Positions 14,303-23,410 are shown, numbered from the stretch's first letter. The stretch: 32,000 bases of DNA from Candidatus Nanopusillus sp. (GCA_028275885.1 JAPWTW010000005.1:1-32000), one strand, 5' to 3'. The notes: generated by a model from the sequence alone, not told the origin. Numbers and translations: made by a program.

Positions 14303-14310
14303 TATAAAAA
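14303..14310 (+). promoter_or_regulatory. TATA-box candidate positioned to start transcription at or very near tRNA-Ile position +1
   Basis: TATAAAAA at 14303-14310 lies at -32..-25 relative to the mature tRNA 5' G (14335), leaving no room for a long 5' leader. Confidence 0.45.
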
Positions 14311-14334
14311 ATTAATAAGTGAAAATATGTATAA

Positions 14335-14424
14335 GGGCCCGTAGCTCAGAGGTGGAGCGCCGGCCTTATAAGGCTACGCTCCTAAGAAAGCCGGAGGTCA
14401 GGGGTTCAAGTCCCCTCGGGCCCA
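14335..14424 (+). tRNA. tRNA-Ile (anticodon UAU) with an 18-nt intron at canonical position 37/38; 72 nt mature; CCA not encoded
   Basis: Hand fold: GGGCCCG TA GCTC AGAGGTG GAGC G CCGGC CUUAUA[intron]A GCCGG AGGUC AGGGG TTCAAGT CCCCT CGGGCCC A. The acceptor GGGCCCG and A73 are typical of archaeal tRNA-Ile. The anticodon loop is C-U-UAU-A-A after intron removal. Confidence 0.85.
14371..14388 (+). other. tRNA intron (18 nt) forming a canonical bulge-helix-bulge (3-4-3) splice motif
   Basis: The central 4-bp helix pairs 14365-14368 (CUUA) with 14383-14386 (UAAG). The 3-nt bulges are 14369-14371 (UA|A) and 14387-14389 (AA|A), each with the splice site after the second bulge nt. The outer helix is G14372-C14382 and G14373-C14381. 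Confidence 0.75.
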
Positions 14425-14459
14425 AAAATTTTTATAATTATTTAAAATAAATTAAAAAA

Positions 14460-15791
14460 TTACTTTATTTGTATTTGTTTTTCTTTTACACTTAATACTT
14501 GTCCAATTCCAATTGTTTTATTCATATCTCTAATTGCAAATCTTCCTAATGATGTGTTTGGGAAGTCTTCAAATCTTTCTACTACCAATGGTTTTGTTGG
14601 TACAAACTTTACAATTGCTGCATCTCCTGTCTTTAAGAATTGTGGATTCTTTTCAACTTCCTGTCCAGTCCTTGGATCTATTTTTGATTGTATTTCTACA
14701 ATTTTACATGCTACTGCTGCAGTATGAACATGTATTACTGGTGTATATCCAACAGCAATTGCAGATGGATGATATAATATATAAATTCTTGCAGTAAATT
14801 CTTCTGCCAATTTTGGTAATGATTCCCCTAATTTTCCACATACATCCCCCCTTAATATATCGCCACTTTCAGGTCCTTTAACATTAAATCCAATATTATC
14901 CCCTGGTAATGCTTCATCTAATCTTTCATGATGCATTTCTATAGATTTTACCTCACCTATGACACCATTTGGCTTCTTTGATGGTAAGAATATTACTCTA
15001 TCACCCGGTCTTAATCTTCCAGATTCTACCTTTCCAGTTGGTACAAGTCCTACACCTTTAATATTATATACATCACCAATTGGGATTCTTAATGGTTTAT
15101 CTACTAATCTTGGAGGTTCATCTAATAGATCAAATGCTTCATATAGTGTTGGACCATTATACCATGGCATTTTTTGTGATTTTTGTGTTACATTTTCATC
15201 TGATAAGAATGCAGCAACTGGAATAATTGCTTTTATTTGTTTTTCAGTATAACCAATCTGCTTTGCCAATGTTAATACCATATTCCTTATATGTTCATAT
15301 CTCTTTTGATCATAATTTACAGTATCCATTTTTGATATTGCAACTATAACTTGTGAAATTCCCAATGTTCTTAATAATAGTAAATGTTCTCTTCCCTGTC
15401 CTTCTGGACTCAATGCTGTTTCTGCTTCACCAGGTGCTGCAGAGACTACCAATATTGCAGCATCAGATTGTGCAGTACCACTAATCATATTCTTTATAAA
15501 GTCTCTATGACCTGGAGCATCTAATATTGTTAATACATATTTCTTTGCAGGTATTTTAATTGCAGCTACATCAATTGTTAATCCTCTCTTTCTCTCTTCT
15601 ATTGATTTATCCAATAAAAATGCTAAATACTCAGATTCTCTTCCTAATTCTTTTGCTACATTCTTTAATTCTTCTAATAATTTCTGATCTATTAAATTCA
15701 AAGATACCATTAGCCTTCCTACTAATGTTGATTTTCCATTATCTACATGCCCTACTACTACCAAATTAATATGTGGTTTTTCTCTTGCCAT
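14460..15791 (-). CDS. tuf: Translation elongation factor EF-1alpha (aEF-1A)
   Basis: KPHINLVVVGHVDNGKSTLVGRL, DAPGHRDFIKNMISGTAQSDAAILVVSA, the NKMD-equivalent ISKMD, and domains II/III are all present. GC-richer codon usage is typical of a highly expressed gene. Confidence 0.97.
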   Translation of the reverse strand: MAREKPHINLVVVGHVDNGKSTLVGRLMVSLNLIDQKLLEELKNVAKELGRESEYLAFLLDKSIEERKRGLTIDVAAIKIPAKKYVLTILDAPGHRDFIKNMISGTAQSDAAILVVSAAPGEAETALSPEGQGREHLLLLRTLGISQVIVAISKMDTVNYDQKRYEHIRNMVLTLAKQIGYTEKQIKAIIPVAAFLSDENVTQKSQKMPWYNGPTLYEAFDLLDEPPRLVDKPLRIPIGDVYNIKGVGLVPTGKVESGRLRPGDRVIFLPSKKPNGVIGEVKSIEMHHERLDEALPGDNIGFNVKGPESGDILRGDVCGKLGESLPKLAEEFTARIYILYHPSAIAVGYTPVIHVHTAAVACKIVEIQSKIDPRTGQEVEKNPQFLKTGDAAIVKFVPTKPLVVERFEDFPNTSLGRFAIRDMNKTIGIGQVLSVKEKQIQIK

Positions 15792-15826
15792 TTAAGATTA
15801 TATTTATAAAAAAATTTATATATAAT

Positions 15827-16744
15827 TCAGCTAGATACTAAAGGTTGTAATATGCTGTTAAATAAATTATATGGTAAAGCCCCTGCAAACTCAAACATTA
15901 TATATTTATAATCCTCTGTTGTATATACTGAAGGACTTAATCCATATTGCTTTAATTGATTTAATACATTATTAACCTGTTGAACTGCTTGGAATGTAAT
16001 TGATGATGTCTTTACAACTACTATAAATGTTGGAGTTCCTCCAATTCCATATGTGTCTCTATAATATTTTAATTCATTATCTATTTGATTATAGTATTTT
16101 GAACTATTTACACAAGATTCGATTTTATTAACATCCAATCCTAAAGATTGTGCCTTTTTATTAAATTCTCTATATACATCTTGTTGACTTGGTAAAGTAT
16201 TCCAAGACACGCCTTGCATTTGATTATACCAAGTCCAGTTTGCAAATTGATCCCATGTATTAAATCCATATAATGTATATACACATGTTAAATATTGTGA
16301 TGTTAGATTTGCATATGGGTGTATCTCATATAATGGAAAATTTATATATACCCAGGCTATTTTTCCATTGTCTATATAATTTTGTCTAATTTGTGGGAAT
16401 GTTTGTAAGTGAAATCTATCACAATATGGACACGCATAATCTGAGAATTCATATACAACAACATTTACATTACTCGGATTTCCATATACTGGATCTATAT
16501 TTGAAATATTTGGCAATGGTACCTGTGGTAATGTTTGTAAATATGCTTGCAATTGATTTGAAGAACTACTAGATGACACATATATTTTTATATTTGATAT
16601 TGAATTGGCTATAATATAAGATCCTAAAACTACTGATATTGCCAATAATATAAATCCTATTATTATTGATTTTTCTACATTAAGATTGTACTCCCATTCC
16701 TTCTTTTCTTTATTTTCTTCAGTTTTTTCTTTTTCCTTTTCCAT
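15827..16744 (-). CDS. Membrane-anchored DsbA-like thiol:disulfide oxidoreductase (thioredoxin fold, CPYC active site), exported
   Basis: A charged N-terminus and one TM helix (SIIIGFILLAISVVLGSYIIA) are followed by a poly-Ser linker. Then comes VVVYEFSDYACPYCDRFHLQTFPQIRQNYIDNGKIAWVYINFPL..HPYA ... GIGGTPTFIV. This matches DsbA/Thioredoxin_4 (ivEFsDyqCPyC.rf......l...yi..gkv....r.fPl..H..A ... gv.GTPtF.i). Confidence 0.8.
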   Translation of the reverse strand: MEKEKEKTEENKEKKEWEYNLNVEKSIIIGFILLAISVVLGSYIIANSISNIKIYVSSSSSSNQLQAYLQTLPQVPLPNISNIDPVYGNPSNVNVVVYEFSDYACPYCDRFHLQTFPQIRQNYIDNGKIAWVYINFPLYEIHPYANLTSQYLTCVYTLYGFNTWDQFANWTWYNQMQGVSWNTLPSQQDVYREFNKKAQSLGLDVNKIESCVNSSKYYNQIDNELKYYRDTYGIGGTPTFIVVVKTSSITFQAVQQVNNVLNQLKQYGLSPSVYTTEDYKYIMFEFAGALPYNLFNSILQPLVSS

Positions 16745-16772
16745 TCAAAATATTTTAATAAAAGATTTTTAT

Positions 16773-16925
16773 TTATTTAGATTCATTACTTTCAAGTAAA
16801 TAAAATATTCCCATTATAAATGGTATTATTGATAGGGTTTTTGAATATGTTAAAAGATAAGTTAGAACTCCTAATAAAATTATTATTCCAAATATTATCA
16901 CATCAATCCTATTTATTTTTACCAT
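16773..16925 (-). CDS. Unlisted small ORF: 50-aa two-helix membrane peptide (MVKINRIDVIIFGIIILLGVLTYLLTYSKTLSIIPFIMGIFYLLESNESK)
   Basis: Hand-translated: ATG at 16923-16925, TAA at 16773-16775. A perfect TATATAAA (minus strand, 16948-16955) sits at -30..-23. Fifty stop-free codons are unlikely by chance in this AT-rich sequence. The N-terminus RIDVIIFGIIILL echoes the mini-pilin motif TIDFVIFLIIGL. It lies 28 nt upstream of the DsbA-like gene on the same strand. Confidence 0.4.
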   Translation of the reverse strand: MVKINRIDVIIFGIIILLGVLTYLLTYSKTLSIIPFIMGIFYLLESNESK

Positions 16926-16947
16926 AATCACTCTTGTAAAGAAACAT

Positions 16948-16955
16948 TTTATATA
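16948..16955 (-). promoter_or_regulatory. TATA-box candidate for the 50-aa membrane ORF (and possibly the DsbA-like gene)
   Basis: The minus-strand TATATAAA lies at -30..-23 from the ATG at 16925. Confidence 0.45.
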
Positions 16956-16967
16956 CTTTATTTTAAA

Positions 16968-16975
16968 TATATAAA
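16968..16975 (+). promoter_or_regulatory. TATA-box candidate for ileS
   Basis: TATATAAA lies at exactly -30..-23 from the ATG at 16998. Confidence 0.5.
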
Positions 16976-16997
16976 CTTATGGTAGAATATCGGATCT

Positions 16998-19900
16998 ATG
17001 AACACAAATTGGAATAGAAATATAGAAGAAGAGATAAAAAAATTCTGGAAAGAAAACTATATATATGAAAAATGGGTTTTAAAGAATGAAAAAAACAAAA
17101 AATATATATTTCTAGAGGGTCCACCATATACAACAGGTTCTCCACATATGGGACATGCATATAATAGAACAATTAAGGATATAGTATTAAGATATTATCA
17201 AAAGAAAGGATTTAATGTATGGAATCAGGCTGGTTTTGATATGCATGGATTACCAATTGAAGTAAAAGTTGAGGAAAAATTAAATATTAAGGATAAAAGA
17301 GATATAGAGAAAATTGGTGTTGATAAATTTATTAAAGAATGTTTTAATTTTGCATATGGATCGATGAATGAATTTACAAAATTCTATGAAGATATGGCAC
17401 ATTGGCAAGATATAGATAATCCATATTTACCAATTAAAAATGAATTTATTGAAAGAGTATGGGAAGCTTTAGCAAAAGGTTATGAAAATAAATTAATATA
17501 TAAAGAAAAGAAACCTGTTTGGTGGTGCCCACATTGTCAGACATCATTATCAAAACAAGAAATAGATTTGGGATATGAAGATCCTTTATATAAAAAAGAA
17601 ATATCAAATGCAATTTATGTAAAATTTAAATCAAAGGATATGGATAATACATATTATATAATTTGGACAACAACACCATGGACATTATTATATAATTTAG
17701 GAATTATGGTAAATCCTGAATTAAAATATGTAAAAATAAAAGTTCCAAGAATATATGTTGAAGAATTAGAATTAGATTATAATAATCATAGGATTATAAA
17801 AATGAATATTAAAAGGGAAAATAATTATGAATATTGGATTATTGCGAAAGATGTATTAGAAAAAATAATGAGCAAATTAAATATTGAATATGAAATAGTA
17901 GATGAATTTTACGGAAAAGATTTAGAATTTAAAGAATACGAACCTCTATTCCATGATGAATTAAAAGATTATATAGAAAAGTTTAAATCTGAAAGTAGTG
18001 GAGTATTTAGAATTTGGTTATCAAAAGAATATGTAAATACACAAGAAGGTACTGGTTTAGTCCATTCAGCCCCAGGTTGTGGTTTTGAGGATTATGAAGT
18101 TGCTAAAAGATATAATGTTCCACCATTTAATACAACAGATGAAACTGGAACTATTTTAGATATAAAATATTTTGAAGGATGGGTTGCAAAGAAAGATGAT
18201 TATAAATTTATATTAGAAGTATTAAAGAAGAAAGCTTTGATATATTTTGAATGGTATGAACATGATTATCCAATATGCTGGAGATGTAGAAATAAGGTGA
18301 TTGTTAGATCTCCAGAACAGATATTCATTAATATATCTTCAATAAAATCAAAAGCGTTATTAGATATTGAAAATATTAATTTTATACCTGAAGCAGCAAA
18401 AAAAGCATTTATAAATATTGTAAAATCCGCACCAGATTGGGTAATATCTAGGCAAAGATATTGGGGAATTCCAATACCAATGTGGGTTGATAAGAACGGA
18501 CATATAAAATTTGTTAGAAATATTAAAGAATTGGAAAAATTAACTGGATATAAATTTAAGGAAATAATAATAGTAGTAAAGTTTACAAATTATACTGAAA
18601 AATTATTATCAAGATATTTCAAAGAAAATAAAATATATTATGAAGATGAAATAAATGATATAAATAAACTATATGAAGTATTTAATAAATATGAAGATAA
18701 ATCTGTAATAATTGTAAATAAGTTTAAATACGATATATTAGATCAAATAAATGATTTATATTATGTAAGGACATATGGATCGAGAGACTATGAAGTAATA
18801 TATCTATATAATTATAATTTACATAGACCATATGTAGATAAATTTACATTCAAATGTGAAAAATGTGGAGAAGAAATGAGAAGGATTCCGGATATATTAG
18901 ATGTATGGGTTGATTCCGGTTCAGCAACAGTAGCAACAGATACATATCCCGTAGATTTTATAACAGAAAATTATGATCAAATTAAAGGATGGTTTTATTC
19001 TTTAGCAATGATAGGAGAATTATACTATAATGATATACCATATAAAAATGTATATGTTGGTGGATATGTTTTAGATGTATATGGAAGAAAAATGTCAAAA
19101 TCTTTAGGAAATGCTGTTTCTCCATATGATATAATTAATAAATATGGAGCAGATACTATGAGACTTTATTTAGGATCTATTGTAGAAGCATATGAGGATA
19201 TAAAATTAAAATGGGAAGATATAAAAGTTAAGTATCAAGTAATAAATACATTATTAAATATTTCAACATATTTAGAAGAATATTCTAAATATTATAATAT
19301 AAATCCAGCAAAAATAAATGTAAAAGATTTAAGATGGGAAGATAAATATATGTTACATTTCATAGAAAAGAGCAAAAAAGAAATATACAATGCATTAGAC
19401 AACTATTTAATATGGAAGGCTGGAAGAATATTACAAGATATGATATTAGAATTATCAAAATTTTATATAAAAGCAACAAGAGAAAGAATAAAAAGAGAAC
19501 CTGATAAAGTATTATTTGTAATATATAAATCTCTATATAATATAATAAATATAGGATCAATTATAATTCCATTTATTTCTGAATATATTTATCAAAAATT
19601 AAGAAATTTATATGGATTAGAAGGTGAATCAATAATATTAGAAGATCTGCCAGAAGTTGAGAAACAGTATATAGATGAAAAAATAGAGGAAGAATATAAA
19701 CTATTTAATATAATTGTTGAAAATGCATTAAAATTAAGAAATATGATAAATATAAATATACGAAGACCATTAAAAACACTATATTTATATAAAAAAGATG
19801 GAAATATTTTATTTGAAATTCTAAATAATAAAGATATTGTAGAATTATTGAAAGATTATTTAAATGTAAAAGAAATAAAAATTGAAGATGTAGAAAAGGA

Positions 19901-20225
19901 TTATGTAAATGCTCAATCTGATTATGGAATTATAAAAATAGGACTTGATACAAAATATTATCCAGAATTAGAAGAAGAATGGTTATATAGGGAAATAAGG
20001 AGAAGATTACAAGATATAAGAAAAGAAAACAAATTAAGGAAGGGACAGAAAGCAAATATAGAAATATATGCTGATGAAAAATTACTAAACATAATAAAGA
20101 AATATAAAGATACTTTAGAAAAAGATACGGATACTATAATAATAATAAAAAACTCAAATGAAGATTTAAATAATGTAGAAAGAATATATGAAATGAGTAT
20201 ATTTTATAGGCTAAATATTTTATAA
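16998..20225 (+). CDS. ileS: Isoleucyl-tRNA synthetase (with an apparent lineage-specific insertion before the zinc-knuckle/KMSKS half)
   Basis: Motifs seen: FLEGPPYTTGSPHMGHAYNRTIKDIVLRYYQKKGFNVWNQAGFDMHGLPIE (HIGH region, IleRS-type), CP1 editing motifs WTTTPWTL and GTGLVHSAPGCGFEDYEV, DWVISRQRYWGIPIPMW, NLHRPYVDKFTFKCEKCGEEMRRIPDILDVWVDSGS, and KMSKSLGN. Confidence 0.9.
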   Translation: MNTNWNRNIEEEIKKFWKENYIYEKWVLKNEKNKKYIFLEGPPYTTGSPHMGHAYNRTIKDIVLRYYQKKGFNVWNQAGFDMHGLPIEVKVEEKLNIKDKRDIEKIGVDKFIKECFNFAYGSMNEFTKFYEDMAHWQDIDNPYLPIKNEFIERVWEALAKGYENKLIYKEKKPVWWCPHCQTSLSKQEIDLGYEDPLYKKEISNAIYVKFKSKDMDNTYYIIWTTTPWTLLYNLGIMVNPELKYVKIKVPRIYVEELELDYNNHRIIKMNIKRENNYEYWIIAKDVLEKIMSKLNIEYEIVDEFYGKDLEFKEYEPLFHDELKDYIEKFKSESSGVFRIWLSKEYVNTQEGTGLVHSAPGCGFEDYEVAKRYNVPPFNTTDETGTILDIKYFEGWVAKKDDYKFILEVLKKKALIYFEWYEHDYPICWRCRNKVIVRSPEQIFINISSIKSKALLDIENINFIPEAAKKAFINIVKSAPDWVISRQRYWGIPIPMWVDKNGHIKFVRNIKELEKLTGYKFKEIIIVVKFTNYTEKLLSRYFKENKIYYEDEINDINKLYEVFNKYEDKSVIIVNKFKYDILDQINDLYYVRTYGSRDYEVIYLYNYNLHRPYVDKFTFKCEKCGEEMRRIPDILDVWVDSGSATVATDTYPVDFITENYDQIKGWFYSLAMIGELYYNDIPYKNVYVGGYVLDVYGRKMSKSLGNAVSPYDIINKYGADTMRLYLGSIVEAYEDIKLKWEDIKVKYQVINTLLNISTYLEEYSKYYNINPAKINVKDLRWEDKYMLHFIEKSKKEIYNALDNYLIWKAGRILQDMILELSKFYIKATRERIKREPDKVLFVIYKSLYNIINIGSIIIPFISEYIYQKLRNLYGLEGESIILEDLPEVEKQYIDEKIEEEYKLFNIIVENALKLRNMININIRRPLKTLYLYKKDGNILFEILNNKDIVELLKDYLNVKEIKIEDVEKDYVNAQSDYGIIKIGLDTKYYPELEEEWLYREIRRRLQDIRKENKLRKGQKANIEIYADEKLLNIIKKYKDTLEKDTDTIIIIKNSNEDLNNVERIYEMSIFYRLNIL

Positions 20226-20247
20226 GTTTTTATTAGATTTATTAAAA

Positions 20248-20841
20248 ATGGTTACATGGGAGATTTCAAATGCAGTTGTTACAATATATTTTAATGTAAG
20301 GTTACCATTAGATAAAATTGCAAATCTAATTCCTTATGCTCAATACGATCCAGAAACATTTCCTGGATTGATTATACCATTAAAAGAAGGTGAAAGTAAG
20401 GAAGAAAATATTAAAGCATTAGTATTTAATAGTGGAACAATAAATATATCTGGAATAAAAAGATTAGAAGATATAGAATATGTTACAGAAAAATTAAGAA
20501 AATTATTTAAACAAATTGATATAGAATTACCAAAAGATTATAAAATAAAGGTACAAAATATTGTTGTAAATGGAAAATTTGATTATGATAATATAGATAT
20601 AGTAAAATTGGCAGATGAAATACCAGATTCTCAATATAATCCAGAGGCTTTTCCAGCAGTTACTGTTACATTTAATGTATCTGAGAATTATAAAGTAAAA
20701 TTCAATGTATTTAAAAATGGAAAATTCGTATGTCCAGGATTAAAAGGAGAATTTAGTAGTTTTGATGAAATTAAACAGCACGTAGATTACGTATTGAATT
20801 CGTTCCAGGAAAAAGTAATAAAAAAATATGTAAAAAAATAG
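20248..20841 (+). CDS. tbp: TATA-box binding protein (TBP)
   Basis: Two tandem TBP repeats are present: ISNAVVTIYFNVRLPLDKIANLIPYAQYDPETFPGLIIPL...KALVFNSGTINISGIKRLED and VQNIVVNGKFDYDNIDIVKLADEIPDSQYNPEAFPAVTVTF....KVKFNVFKNGKFVCPGLK. TATA-like TTTTATAA lies at -30..-23. Confidence 0.85.
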   Translation: MVTWEISNAVVTIYFNVRLPLDKIANLIPYAQYDPETFPGLIIPLKEGESKEENIKALVFNSGTINISGIKRLEDIEYVTEKLRKLFKQIDIELPKDYKIKVQNIVVNGKFDYDNIDIVKLADEIPDSQYNPEAFPAVTVTFNVSENYKVKFNVFKNGKFVCPGLKGEFSSFDEIKQHVDYVLNSFQEKVIKKYVKK

Positions 20842-20871
20842 CTTATAAATATATTTCATTATAATAGAACT

Positions 20872-21489
20872 ATGACAGAATTATCTGGAACAACAATTGT
20901 TGCAATAAAATTTAAAAATGGGGTATTAATTGCATCAGATAAACAAACAACGGCAGGAATGATAGTATATCATAAGAGAGCACAAAAATTACATCAAATT
21001 ACTGATAATATATTAATGGGAGCTGCTGGTTTAGTTGGTGATATTCAAGTTTTAGTAAAAATATTACAAAAAAATCTAAAATTAAAATATTTAAGATCAA
21101 AAAATGAGCCAACTGCAGAAGAAGCTGCAAGTTTTCTAGCAACATTAATGAACTATTATAAATGGTTCCCATTCTTTTCAGAAGTAATAATTGTTGGAAA
21201 AGACAATAATGATTACCACATATACTCAATAGATGAAGCTGGAGGGTTAGAAAAATTTGATAATTTTACATCTACAGGTTCTGGAATGGTATTTGCTTTA
21301 GGTGTATTAGAAGCAGAATATAAAGAAAATATGAGTGAAGAAGAAGCAAAAGAATTAGCAAAGAAGGCAATATTAGCTGCTATAAAAAGAGATTTAGGAT
21401 CTGGATATGGTATTGAGATTTGGACATTAACAAAAGAAGGATTAAAAAAGGAACTTTATGAGGTAAAGGAAGAATTGCAGAAAAAATAA
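20872..21489 (+). CDS. psmB: Proteasome beta subunit (propeptide MTELSG, catalytic Thr at the TTIVAIK start)
   Basis: G|TTIVAIKFKNGVLIASDKQTTAG...H...QKLHQI.DNILMGAAGLVGDIQ.L ... GSGMVFALGVLE..Y...MSEEEA..LA.KAI.AAI.RD..SG is a standard Ntn-hydrolase beta subunit. CTTATAAA lies at -30..-23. Confidence 0.9.
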   Translation: MTELSGTTIVAIKFKNGVLIASDKQTTAGMIVYHKRAQKLHQITDNILMGAAGLVGDIQVLVKILQKNLKLKYLRSKNEPTAEEAASFLATLMNYYKWFPFFSEVIIVGKDNNDYHIYSIDEAGGLEKFDNFTSTGSGMVFALGVLEAEYKENMSEEEAKELAKKAILAAIKRDLGSGYGIEIWTLTKEGLKKELYEVKEELQKK

Positions 21490-21534
21490 TTTTTTAAATT
21501 TTATACTTAATTATAAAAGGTATTTACATTATTT

Positions 21535-23388
21535 ATGATGAATATTAGAGAAGAATTATTAAAGGAATTCCAATCAAAGGACATAAATAAAATAATATTT
21601 GAAGGACCAAAAATAGTTATATATGTAAATAATGTAGATTTATTTATAAAAGGAATTGAAATAGGAAAAAATTTAGCACAAAAATATAAGAAAAGGATTG
21701 AAATAAGGATAAATCCAAAATTATTAAGGGGAGAAGAATATATTAAAGAAAAAGCAAAGGAAATATTAAATGGAATAGAAATAAAAGATATATACCTTGA
21801 AAAGCATAGATCTGTATTATATATTGAAACTTATGAACCAGAGAAAATTGATTTAAATTTAATTAATAAATTAAGAGAAGAAACTTTATGTAATATTATA
21901 ATACAAAGGGCACCATTAAAATCTTCAAAAATAATAAATGTTATTAGAGCATACTTACATAAAAATTCTTTATATAAATCTGAATTTTTAAATAAAGTTG
22001 GAGAAAAAATATTAGAAAGAAAACCACAAAGATTAGACCATTATAGAATTGTTTTCTTAGGTGCTGGAAGAGAGGTTGGAAGATCTTCATTTTTATTACA
22101 AACAAAAGAAAGTAATATTTTGTTAGATTGCGGATTGGGTGTAGGAAATTATTCAGAAGATAAATATCCAATATTAAATATTCCAGAATTTGATATACAA
22201 AATTTAGATGCTGTAATTATTTCGCATGCTCATCTAGATCATGTTGGATTTGTTCCATATTTATTTAGAATTGGATGGAGGGGACCTGTATATTTAACAG
22301 AACCAACAAGAGATGTTGCAGCTTTAGTTTTATTAGATTATTTAAAAGTAAGTAATAAACAGAGCAAAAACCCAATATTTACAACAAAAGAAATTAAATT
22401 ATTTTTAAAACATTCTATTACATTAAATTATTCTGAAGTAACTGATATAACTGGTGATATAAAAATATCTTTCCATAATGCAAATCATATAATTGGATCT
22501 TCAATGGTTCATATTAATATCGAAGGAAAACATAATATATTATATACTGGAGATTATAAATTTAATAAAATTCCTTTATTGGAAAGACCAAATACAATAT
22601 ATCAAAGATTAGAAACATTAATAATTGAAAGTACATATGGAGGATTTAATGACAAACATCCATCAAGAGAAGAAACTGAAGTACTGTTTATTCATGATAT
22701 AAAAGAAACAATTGAGAAAGGAGGAAAAGTATTAATACCAGTACTAGCAGTAGGAAGAGGACAGGATGTTTTATTAACATTACTAAATGCAATTGAAAAT
22801 AAAATATTGCCAGAAGTAAATATATATTTAGAGGGAATTGTTTGGGAAACATCAATGATTCATACAGCATATCCCGAATTTTTAAGTAAAGAAATTAGAG
22901 AAAAAATAGAATCTGGAAAAAATCCGTTTGAAAGAGAAAATGTAATAAGAGCAAGTAAACATGAAAGAGAACAAATTATGACATCTAATGAACCTTCAAT
23001 AATAATTGCAACATCTGGTATGATGCAAGGAGGTCCCATATTAGATTATTTTAGTTATGCTGCAGAAGATGAAAAGAATTTATTAGCATTTGTTTCATAT
23101 CAAGCACAGGGTACTTTGGGTAGAACAATATTAGATGGACAAAGAGAAATTATATTAAATGACAGAAAAATAAATGTAAAAATGAAAGTAAATAAATATG
23201 AAGGCTTTTCAGGTCATGCAGACCATTTTGAATCATTATCATTTATTAAATATTTAAGACCAAAACCAAAACAAGTTATCACAGTACATGGTGAAATTCC
23301 AAAACCATACGAATTAGCATCAAAAATATATAGAAAATTTGGAATATATTCATATGCACCAAAAAATGGTGATATAATTAGATTATAA
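21535..23388 (+). CDS. fttA: aCPSF1/FttA: KH-domain beta-CASP metallo-beta-lactamase ribonuclease (transcription termination / RNA 3'-end processing)
   Basis: An N-terminal KH-like region is followed by MBL motifs LLDCGL and ISHAHLDHVGFVPYLF, then a beta-CASP region (ESTYGG..., GRGQDVLL), and terminal motifs FSGHADHFESL and VHGE. The 617-aa size is typical of aCPSF1. Confidence 0.9.
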   Translation: MMNIREELLKEFQSKDINKIIFEGPKIVIYVNNVDLFIKGIEIGKNLAQKYKKRIEIRINPKLLRGEEYIKEKAKEILNGIEIKDIYLEKHRSVLYIETYEPEKIDLNLINKLREETLCNIIIQRAPLKSSKIINVIRAYLHKNSLYKSEFLNKVGEKILERKPQRLDHYRIVFLGAGREVGRSSFLLQTKESNILLDCGLGVGNYSEDKYPILNIPEFDIQNLDAVIISHAHLDHVGFVPYLFRIGWRGPVYLTEPTRDVAALVLLDYLKVSNKQSKNPIFTTKEIKLFLKHSITLNYSEVTDITGDIKISFHNANHIIGSSMVHINIEGKHNILYTGDYKFNKIPLLERPNTIYQRLETLIIESTYGGFNDKHPSREETEVLFIHDIKETIEKGGKVLIPVLAVGRGQDVLLTLLNAIENKILPEVNIYLEGIVWETSMIHTAYPEFLSKEIREKIESGKNPFERENVIRASKHEREQIMTSNEPSIIIATSGMMQGGPILDYFSYAAEDEKNLLAFVSYQAQGTLGRTILDGQREIILNDRKINVKMKVNKYEGFSGHADHFESLSFIKYLRPKPKQVITVHGEIPKPYELASKIYRKFGIYSYAPKNGDIIRL

Positions 23389-23389
23389 A

Positions 23390-23397
23390 TTTTTTTT
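23390..23397 (+). terminator. Oligo-T tract (T8) immediately after the aCPSF1 stop
   Basis: Archaeal intrinsic termination uses T-runs, and this T8 starts 2 nt after the TAA. Specificity is low in an AT-rich genome. Confidence 0.3.
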
Positions 23398-23410
23398 AAA
23401 AGAAAAATAA

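Noticed and set aside
14534-15769. Three plus-strand ORFs (14534..14797, 14959..15252, 15560..15769) inside the EF-1alpha gene
   Set aside because: They are shadow ORFs on the antisense strand of an unambiguous, highly conserved EF-1alpha CDS. No motifs.
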